Below, one piece after another: positions 56,091 to 64,000 of a stretch of DNA of 64,000 bases. The translations under genes were made by a program, and so were the position numbers. The first letter of the stretch is position 1; every line of letters starts with the position of its first letter. Source of the stretch: Rhynchopus sp. YZ270_cl-10 (taxonomy: Eukaryota); NCBI GenBank assembly GCA_964035575.1, contig OZ037842.1:62001-126000 (forward strand), in the 5' to 3' direction. The notes under the pieces are model-generated. The model had not been told where the DNA came from and made no database searches. It saw only the letters and a list, made by a program, of their open reading frames with translations.

Positions 56091-57105
56091 TATAGCAACG
56101 CATACTTGCGTTTCAGGCGCCTGGTGTGTATTTTTTCCCCGCAAAAAGGGCCTCTGATGCATTTCCGGAGCGATCTGAAAAAATTCCGGGGTCGGACACT
56201 TTTTTTAGCAAAGAATGCGAGACTTTAAGTTTGTACCAAAAATCAGGGGAAAGTGTACATATTTCATATTTCTGCTGATATATAAAATTATTATGCACAG
56301 GTCACCACGTTTCTAAGTCATGCCATGTATTTCCCCCGCCCCCTGAAATGTGCTGAAATCAACTTTCGGTGTCCTGCTGAGAAAATTGCGGGGTCGCAAG
56401 ATATTTTTAGTGGAAAAATATCATGGTTACTGCTTACAGTAAACTGCCTCCTAAAAAGAGGCTTCGCAGAAGATGAGTCATACCTCGGGTATGTGTAAAA
56501 AAGTCCTTTGGTCACCCCATAGTTGTACTAAAAATAGAGCTGTGGTCTGTGGATCAAGGAGGCCTGTGTATAATTTTGGGATCTCGATGGAATCTCTCTA
56601 GTGTCAGAGGATCCAGCCTTGTATGAGCCTCTTCCGTCTTGCATCAAGTTGGGCCCCGAAGGGACCCAGTCGAAAATCACCCCCGAGATTTGTTTACAAT
56701 GATTCTTGAACCAATGAAATACCCGAATGTACCACCAAAATATATATCATCAGCACCAAAGCTTAGCGAACCCTTTTCATTTTTTCGACTCGCTCGGCCC
56801 ACAGGCACATTTTTCATCGTGCGACCCCGCATTTAAAAGATTTTGCTACCTCTGAATCGAAAACCACAAAATTTGGGGGGAAATACTTTTTTGTTCATGA
56901 CCAAAATGCTGGTAAGAACTATAAATATACTCAGGCGTGCCTGAGGCGTACTTAAACGTAACTAATCCCGAGTACGCCTCAGGCACGCCTGAGTATTTAT
57001 TTTCAGGCCTTGGCGAGGCCGACTCGGCCTCGTTGCATTGTATGGTAGATGTCGAGAAAAAAATTTTCAAAAAAAAAAAAAAAAAAAATCCCACTCTCGT
57101 CACCA

Positions 57106-57242
57106 GGGTCCACACATCAAAACTATCGTCACGTCTCTATTCAAAGCAAGAACCTAGCCGATCTGCGAGAGCCTGCCTCCACGAGGCGGACTTGGGTATG
57201 GCTGAAAGCCATAGCGAAATGAGCGCAGCAGCGACGGCTGGG
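57106..57242 (+). ncRNA. Candidate HDV-like self-cleaving ribozyme in the retrotransposon 5' UTR
   Basis: P1 GGGUCC(57106-11)/GGACUU(57188-93); P3 GCC/GGC around loop UCCACGA; GG for P1.1; P4 UAUGGC/GCCAUA; then GCGAA with C57215. P2 is present only as an interrupted helix (CUGCG/CGCAG, CCUAGCCG/CGGCUGGG). Confidence 0.55.
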
Positions 57243-57248
57243 ACGCAT

Positions 57249-58724
57249 ATGTTGCGTCAACGCGACTGGGACACAGAGGTCCTCTCCCCCGCCAACTTCC
57301 GCCAGCGAATTGTGGCCAACACCGTCTCCGCAAAAGGGGTCATCACCTTCTGCAAACTCGCAGAGGCAGAATCGTTCCTGCAAGACCGGAGCAAGCTCGA
57401 CCAGAACGGGCCCTGCATCGCCGTCGCCACCACCGCCCCCCTCCAAACACACAAAGCACACTGCAACATGGACTGCATCGTGAAGCCCCCGACCGGAGAT
57501 GAGTACAAACGCAAAGTTCACGTCTTCCTCCTCACCAACACCACCCCCAACTACACCCTCGACATCCCCCAAATCGGAAACGCCCAACCTGCCTCACTAC
57601 TCACCGAGGTCAAACTCGAAGTCCTCCCCGAAGGCGTCGTCACAGAGCCAGCATGGGACACCGCCCCCCTCAACACCGCACGCACCTTCCTCACAAACCT
57701 AGGTGCAGCAGTCGCCAGCGTCCGCAGAGCAGGAGAGCGTCGCATCGCAGCCACCATCGCACCGAGCAAATCCCTCAGAGAGATGTCCGGTCACAACGGG
57801 GTCATCGTCCGCCCGGCCAAAGTCACCAACGACCCAGTAGTCTGGCTCGACAGCACCGCCACACTTGCAGCAGCACTCGAGTTTGCAAGGAACCACGCCG
57901 GAAGGCTCATCAAGTCCACCAAGGCTTACGGCATTGTGGTGGAGACACAGGAGGCGCGGGCAGCAGCCTGGCAGGCACTCGGTAAACCCGAGAAATCAAC
58001 AGAATCGCACTACGTGATCACCGGCATGCACTACCTCACGCATCCCGACTCCCTGGTAACTGCGCTCAGGACCCCCGACAACAGCTGCACCATGATTGCA
58101 CACCAGCAGGCAGGGAAGACACAAGCGGTGAAAGTCCGCACACAACAACAACTCCCCAGATTTTTCAGCTACAACAACCAAACGCTGACAGCAACAGAAG
58201 TCTCCAACTCACACAAGCTCAGACGGCCCAAGAAGAAACGCCCCACGGAGGACAAACGCATCCCCTTCGTCAACACCGGCATGGCGAGCACCACCACAGC
58301 ATGGAACAACATCGCCAGAGGCCCCACCGCAACACCCCAAGTCAACACCACAGCACCTGCACCAACCGTAACTACAACAAACGTGGACACCGAGAGCAGA
58401 AACGCCACCACCCGAAATGCGTCAGAAATCCAGACAATGCGCAACGACTTCAACCAAATTGTTGAGCGGTTTAACACCAAACAAGCTGAACTGGAAACAA
58501 AGCTCAACGCCAGCAGCAACGACATCCAACTTCTCACTGAGAAGATGGACGCACTCGCGAACATGAGCGCCTCACTGCAAGGAAGCATCGAGAAACTGCA
58601 AACACAACTGGAAACCCTCATCAAGAGGATCCCAACATCGAGGAACGACCAAGTATCGCCCGTACGGGTTCGCGACAGGCGAGGGGCGTCATCGCCCGTT
58701 GGTGGTGCCTCTAAAAAGCGCTGA
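57249..58724 (+). CDS. Retrotransposon ORF1 protein (basic patch, C-terminal coiled coil, no CCHC knuckle)
   Basis: Long open frame. The first ATG after the candidate ribozyme is at 57249 (alternatives 57198 and 57219). Heptad region EIQTMRNDF...LETLIKRI. Confidence 0.8.
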   Translation: MLRQRDWDTEVLSPANFRQRIVANTVSAKGVITFCKLAEAESFLQDRSKLDQNGPCIAVATTAPLQTHKAHCNMDCIVKPPTGDEYKRKVHVFLLTNTTPNYTLDIPQIGNAQPASLLTEVKLEVLPEGVVTEPAWDTAPLNTARTFLTNLGAAVASVRRAGERRIAATIAPSKSLREMSGHNGVIVRPAKVTNDPVVWLDSTATLAAALEFARNHAGRLIKSTKAYGIVVETQEARAAAWQALGKPEKSTESHYVITGMHYLTHPDSLVTALRTPDNSCTMIAHQQAGKTQAVKVRTQQQLPRFFSYNNQTLTATEVSNSHKLRRPKKKRPTEDKRIPFVNTGMASTTTAWNNIARGPTATPQVNTTAPAPTVTTTNVDTESRNATTRNASEIQTMRNDFNQIVERFNTKQAELETKLNASSNDIQLLTEKMDALANMSASLQGSIEKLQTQLETLIKRIPTSRNDQVSPVRVRDRRGASSPVGGASKKR

Positions 58725-61700
58725 CTCCCTACTTCTCCATACCCCACACCTCCCAAATCCAACACCCCCACCTTGCTTAGATACCTCTCTACAACAGTAC
58801 AACTTCTGCTTGTGATAGCAGGGATACATCCGAATCCGGGTCCGCTGAGATGTCTCTGTTGGAACATCAACGGACTGACCGACACCAAGAGATCTGAAAT
58901 AAGGCGACACATCACCACGAAGGAGTATGACATTGTCATGCTCCAAGAACTGAAGGCAAGCGGACAAGCAAACACGTTCAAGATCGACGGCTACCGCAGC
59001 TACACCCGCAAAAGAACGGCAGGCAGAACCAAAAAGACCAGTGCAACACATGGAGGCGGGATAGTAACACTGGTGCGTGACAAACATCCAGCCCAAGTCC
59101 ACACGTTCTCGAAGTGGAAAGTCACAGAACGGCTCGACGTCACAGTGCACGGTATACGCTTTGTCAATGTATATCGGCCAAGCGCAGTGGGGGAGCAAAA
59201 GAACGACATACGCAAAGATGACTTCGACTGCGAAGACCTCCCCACCGAACAAGTAGTGATAGCTGGAGACCTCAACGCCCATCATGCGCAGTGGAGCAAG
59301 GCGATCCCGAACAAAACCGGCACAAAAATCCACGACTGGGTCGGTAACACTGACGGCATGCAAATCTGGAATGACCCCCAAACTGCGACAAGGATTGGAA
59401 AATCCAAAACTTCACCAGACGTGGTCATAGCGAAAGGTGACAATAACAAAGACGAGACAAGAAAATGGCCGATCAAATGGCGGGTTCTAGATAACGGCTT
59501 ATCGGACCATCTCCCAATGGAATTCGAGATTGACAGCACCACACCACCTCCACCGAAGTACTCGAACATCAAACGGAGCGGGAAAACCCTGTGGGATTGG
59601 AACAGGGCCAGGTGGAGTGACTACACTGCAGAACTTGAGCGAAGTGCTGATGCAACCCTAAAGTGGCACAACCCAGCGACAGCGTATGCGAAGTGGGCTG
59701 GCATGGTGAGAAACGTGGCACGACGACACATCCCGACGCATCGACGACGGCAAGCTAAGCGAAGGTGGTGCACAGGTGCAGTACGCAAAGCAATGAAGCG
59801 CCGAGACCAGAAGATCGCGCAACTGCAGAAGCAGACAACCTCTCCCACACAAAATGATAGTGACTCCCTCAGCTGCCTAAAACAAAATGTGGCCACGGAA
59901 ATCCGCGACAGCAAACGCACGATCTGGGAGGCAAGGTGCGACAAGGCTGCGGGGTCCTCACACATCTACCACCTACTACGCGAACTGGACGGCAGAGCCG
60001 ATAAGTCGCAGCAGTACCCACTGACGGAGAATGGCACCACCATCACCGACAACACAGCCAAAGCGAATATATTTGGTAGGCACTACTCAGACGTGAGCCG
60101 CAAAGATCCCACAGACACGGAGGACGTAGTCACAATACCGACGGATGTCCCATACCACGAATCAGAGCGTGCCTTTACAATGCAGGAGCTCAACACCATC
60201 GTGAACAACCTGGAAGACAACAAAACACCAGGCATGGACAACATACACAACGAGATGTTACGACACATGGGACCGGAGGCGAGGAAGGGTCTCCTGCGTA
60301 TCATGAACCTCTCGTGGTGTAGTGGCACACTCCCACAGGAATGGACGACTTCTCTGCTGATGCCCATCCACAAACCTACGAAACCGGACCACCTCCCTGC
60401 TTCGTACAGACCAATTGCACTGACGAGTACAGTGAGCAAGGTGCTCGAGCGCATGATCGGACACCGCCTACACCAGCTCATGGAAGACCCTGATGAGCAG
60501 TTCCCTAACCTCCACAAGGCACAAGCAGGTTTCAGGAAAAAGAGATCCACGATCGACAACATCGCACTGGTAACGCAACTGGCCAAGGACACAGTAGAGG
60601 AAGGGCGCAGTGCAATCCTACTCAAAGTCGACCTAGAGAAGGCGTACGACCGCCTCAAGCGCAGTGCCATCCTACAACACCTGCGCGATTTCCCACCCAC
60701 GTACCAGAAGTGGATCAGTGCATACCTCAGCAACAGACGAGCAGCGGCGACCGTGGCAGGTCACGTCAGCGAGTTCTACGACATGGAGGAGGGAGTACCC
60801 CAAGGAACAGTGCTCTCCCCCCTACTCTTCAACGTAGTCATGGCAAACCTGGCGAAAACCCTAGAGTGCGTGGACGGGCATGTGTGCATGTACGCCGACG
60901 ACCTCGCAATCCTGTGCATTGGCAACAACGCCGACGAAGCCGCTTTATCCGCACAAAAGGCTATCGAAGTACTTGAACGTGAACTCCCCCCAATGGGCCT
61001 CCGAATCTCCACCGACGACGACAAAACGAACCTCCTAGCCTTCACCACCAAAAAAGACCCCAACAACGTCAGAGACAAGCAGTTCGCAGTGCACTACAGC
61101 AATGGGAAACGCGTGCCTACAACCCGACTGACACAGTACCTCGGCATCCTAATAGATGACGAATGCAACATGATACAACACATGGAATCAGTGTGCACAA
61201 AGTACAAACAACGACTCTCCGTACTGTACGCACTAGGAGGCGAGGACTGGGGTGCGGAAGCAGACACCATGCGACAAGTGTACATGACATATGTGCTGCC
61301 CGTGCTCACCTACGGGATAGGAGTGTGGGGACACGCACTGCTCAAGAAGAACCGAACCCATCTTGAGACCCTCCACCACGGCGCAGCCAGACTGATCACC
61401 GGCTGCCTACGCACCACAGCGACGGAGAACCTTCTCTGGGAGGCGAACCTGCGATCGATCGCTGAAATAGCACAAGCGGAAGGAGCAAAGCTGTACGAGC
61501 GCGCCAACCGCATTCACGACTCGCCCGCGTACACCGCCGTGCAGTCAACCAAAAAACACTCCAACACTACATGGCTCAGAGCAGCCACGAACACCGTTGA
61601 GGAAACAAAGATGTACACTCAGCACACAACTCGAAGCACCATTGCGCTCCACTACCCTGTGCCCCCCTGGCAATGGGAGGAAGTACAGGATAAGCTTACG

Positions 61701-62693
61701 CTGCACCCCACCATCCCAGGAGTCCTCCGAGCGGACTCTAAACAAACCAAAGAGGAAGCTCTCGAAAAAACGCAGGAGGCCCTCGACAAGCTACCCCAGT
61801 ACGACTACAGCACGTACACCGACGGATCACTGTCCGACACGAACATCGGCGGGGCGGGATGTGTAGTGACGGACGCTGACGACAACATGATCCACGTCTT
61901 CGGCAAGGGGGCAGGCAGGCGATGCGTGGCCTACCAAGCCGAGCAGACGGCAATCCGTGAGGCACTCACCGACCTTGCGAACCGCACCACCACCAAACAC
62001 GCGAGAGTGGCGATCCTCACGGACAGCCAGTCCTCCATCCGCGCCCTGGAGGGAGGACCGCAGAAGGCAGTCGAACACACACTGCACGACATATGGCGTG
62101 CGATACACACGCTCACGCGCAAAGGTGTACACGTCGACTTCCAGTATGTACCAAGCCATGTCGGCCTGACTGGAAACGAAGCTGCAGACAAAGAGGCAAA
62201 GCGGCACGCAAACGCCATGGTACCACAACTGGAACCCATAGCGATGATGACGGCCGCCTCTCAGATCAAGAGGGTGGCAGCGCAGCACACCGTCACACCC
62301 ACCGAAGACAGCGCATACGCGTGCCAGCACACCGACGCCAAAGCGAAGACGAAGACACAACTCCGCCACCCACAACTCCGCCCAAGACGACTGACGCGTA
62401 AGGGCGCGCGTGAGATGAGACTCCTGCGCACAAGACGACACCCCCTCCTGTACACGGACAGGAGCCACAACGACACCCCCAACTGCAAGGCGTGCGGAAA
62501 GACGAATGTGACGGCGAAACACCTCCTGAAGCAATGCCCCAAGCTTACTGACAAAAGAGCCAACCTGTGCAGCAACACCTCGTGGGGAACACTCCTCACT
62601 CAACAACCAGAAGTGGTCCTAGAATACTTGGTGTCCTCCGGATTGTCTGATGACTCTCTGAGTGACCTTCTGAGACCAGCTGTAACGAATTGA
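58725..62693 (+). CDS. Retrotransposon ORF2: 2A-like peptide, AP endonuclease, reverse transcriptase, RNase H, CCHC finger
   Basis: APE: WNING, LQE, NVYRP, GDLNAHH, SDH. RT: YRPIAL, QAGFR, DLEKAYD, GVPQG, YADD, YLG. RNase H: YTDGS, TDSQS, VPSHVG-GNE-AD. CxxC...H...C at the end. Confidence 0.97.
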   Translation, partial: LPTSPYPTPPKSNTPTLLRYLSTTVQLLLVIAGIHPNPGPLRCLCWNINGLTDTKRSEIRRHITTKEYDIVMLQELKASGQANTFKIDGYRSYTRKRTAGRTKKTSATHGGGIVTLVRDKHPAQVHTFSKWKVTERLDVTVHGIRFVNVYRPSAVGEQKNDIRKDDFDCEDLPTEQVVIAGDLNAHHAQWSKAIPNKTGTKIHDWVGNTDGMQIWNDPQTATRIGKSKTSPDVVIAKGDNNKDETRKWPIKWRVLDNGLSDHLPMEFEIDSTTPPPPKYSNIKRSGKTLWDWNRARWSDYTAELERSADATLKWHNPATAYAKWAGMVRNVARRHIPTHRRRQAKRRWCTGAVRKAMKRRDQKIAQLQKQTTSPTQNDSDSLSCLKQNVATEIRDSKRTIWEARCDKAAGSSHIYHLLRELDGRADKSQQYPLTENGTTITDNTAKANIFGRHYSDVSRKDPTDTEDVVTIPTDVPYHESERAFTMQELNTIVNNLEDNKTPGMDNIHNEMLRHMGPEARKGLLRIMNLSWCSGTLPQEWTTSLLMPIHKPTKPDHLPASYRPIALTSTVSKVLERMIGHRLHQLMEDPDEQFPNLHKAQAGFRKKRSTIDNIALVTQLAKDTVEEGRSAILLKVDLEKAYDRLKRSAILQHLRDFPPTYQKWISAYLSNRRAAATVAGHVSEFYDMEEGVPQGTVLSPLLFNVVMANLAKTLECVDGHVCMYADDLAILCIGNNADEAALSAQKAIEVLERELPPMGLRISTDDDKTNLLAFTTKKDPNNVRDKQFAVHYSNGKRVPTTRLTQYLGILIDDECNMIQHMESVCTKYKQRLSVLYALGGEDWGAEADTMRQVYMTYVLPVLTYGIGVWGHALLKKNRTHLETLHHGAARLITGCLRTTATENLLWEANLRSIAEIAQAEGAKLYERANRIHDSPAYTAVQSTKKHSNTTWLRAATNTVEETKMYTQHTTRSTIALHYPVPPWQWEEVQDKLTLHPTIPGVLRADSKQTKEEALEKTQEALDKLPQYDYSTYTDGSLSDTNIGGAGCVVTDADDNMIHVFGKGAGRRCVAYQAEQTAIREALTDLANRTTTKHARVAILTDSQSSIRALEGGPQKAVEHTLHDIWRAIHTLTRKGVHVDFQYVPSHVGLTGNEAADKEAKRHANAMVPQLEPIAMMTAASQIKRVAAQHTVTPTEDSAYACQHTDAKAKTKTQLRHPQLRPRRLTRKGAREMRLLRTRRHPLLYTDRSHNDTPNCKACGKTNVTAKHLLKQCPKLTDKRANLCSNTSWGTLLTQQPEVVLEYLVSSGLSDDSLSDLLRPAVTN

Positions 62694-63072
62694 AGGGAAC
62701 ATAACTTTTTACTTTTATCTACTTTTACTTTTACTCTTACTAGCAACAAGAGGATACCAAAAACAAAGAAAACATCAAGCGAACACACCGACCAGCATAT
62801 CAGCTGATCACGGGAACCTTTTTTCAGGCTTCCACCTTTTGACGTCAGGCCAGTGTCCTAAACGATGCTGCCACACCCTGAGGGGGAGGTGTGCTGTCTG
62901 TAAACTCTGTGTGGCAACAACGGGGAGGTGACCTCCGTATATCGGCAACCCGCACGTCCTAGATGTGAAAAACGGCACCAGCCGGGACACGGTCCCGGGT
63001 TTACTCTGGATAGAACAAAAAAAAGAGCAGCCACACTGCTTCGGCAGCGCTAAAGAGACGAGAGTAAATACC

Positions 63073-63107
<35 letters not shown>

Positions 63108-63343
63108 TTTCGACAACTACTTTTTCAAGCCTGGAAAAAAAAAATTTTTTTTTGGGCCTGACCTTGGGACCTTGTGCACCGAAAAATGCAAAAAACGGCA
63201 AAATTTTGATGTTTTGAGCATCTGTGGGTGAATCATATGCACTGCTACAGTGGCCTATTATTGGGTGTTTTCCTTAGCAAATTCCTTCACAAAACTCATT
63301 TTTGATTTTGGCAAAGGCAAATTTCAGGTCAAAAAAAATCGCC

Positions 63344-63426
63344 GGGGGGCTTCGCCCCCCGAACCCCCCATTGGGGGGCTTTGCCCCCCAAACCCCCCAC
63401 TGGGGGGCGTAAAGCATACGCCCCCC
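63344..63426. repeat. Three tandem G6C-loop-GC6 hairpins
   Basis: ggggggc-ttc-gcccccc; ggggggc-ttt-gcccccc; ggggggcgt-aaagcat-acgcccccc. Confidence 0.8.
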
Positions 63427-64000
63427 AGACCCCCCTATGCAATTGGGGGCCTGCGGCGCAGTTCGGAACTCTAGTGCATACCTTACCGGAACTCCAAATG
63501 GAGGTGTTTTTGTGTTTGCAGCGTTACTACTTGCTATCATGCGCCATCTGACAGCTGCATACAGGAGAACACTATGGTGTCCAGCATCGGGAGTGCGTAC
63601 AACTCGGCGCTGGATTTTATCGACGTGACGTGCAACTGGGAAGACGTCTCGCATATTCAGTACAAGTGTGAACGGTGCGAAAGCACTAACCAGTTTGCCA
63701 CGAGGCGGCAGCGCTACCTTGCTCCTCTCCCCGGTGTTCTGTTTTTTATTTTGAAAACTGGGTTGTCTTAGTGTGGACACCCGAGGATGAACTCCACTTT
63801 TCAAAACGCTGTTAAGTAACCGCTGATGAACACGCTGATGATATCTCCTGTGTGGGAGATGTCGCACTGATGACGCTAAGGTTGCTCCCCACCGGTCCAT
63901 CATCACATGGGGGCGAAGCAGACGTTGTGGGTGGGCGGTTCTAGTCCGCTTTATTCTCGTTTCATGCTCGGGGGAAGTTGAGCGTTTTCTTCTTGATTGA

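Larger units (their letters stand above)
57089..63103 (+). mobile_element. Full-length non-LTR retrotransposon (APE-RT-RNase H; I-group/Ingi-like)
   Basis: Starts directly after an A20 tract and ends in A27. Removing it restores the host repeat gtagatgtcgagaaaaaaattttc(A)n(T)ncgacaactac. Two long intact ORFs with A/C-rich strand bias. Confidence 0.95.

Noticed and set aside
56937..57197. N-terminal extension of ORF1 given in the ORF track
   Set aside because: It begins in the flanking host repeat and reads through the poly(A) tract (poly-Lys) and the 5' UTR; it is not part of the protein.
63574..63771. Short ORF with CxxC (YKCERCES)
   Set aside because: Too short and no recognisable family; it may be a TE fragment but this cannot be supported.
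1..64000. tRNA, rRNA or spliced-leader RNA genes
   Set aside because: Isolated GTTCGA-like words were seen but no cloverleaf or recognisable rRNA/SL sequence. A covariance-model scan was not possible.

Overview
Eukaryotic, repeat-rich DNA. A protist is likely, possibly a diplonemid or other euglenozoan; this is inferred from the long, largely uninterrupted, co-oriented ORFs with TxAP repeats and C-rich/AG acceptor-like sites just upstream of each ATG. All eight host genes lie on the minus strand. Five encode a family of signal-peptide, DOMON-like/mucin surface proteins (about 22 DOMON-like domains in total). Every domain keeps the Met and His typical of heme-binding DOMON domains, and the four complete genes end in one TM helix. 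The other three genes encode a Cys-rich repeat membrane protein, a secreted bulb-lectin+WSC protein and a crotonase ending in a PTS1 signal (SKL). Intergenic DNA holds many nested TIR elements/MITEs with readable target-site duplications, a decayed tyrosine-recombinase (Crypton-like) relic and a MULE-like element. It also holds an apparently intact APE-RT-RNaseH non-LTR retrotransposon with a candidate 5' HDV-like ribozyme, ORF1 and ORF2 in the same frame separated by one UGA, and a 2A-like NPGP peptide. No database searches were run; all family calls come from motif recognition.
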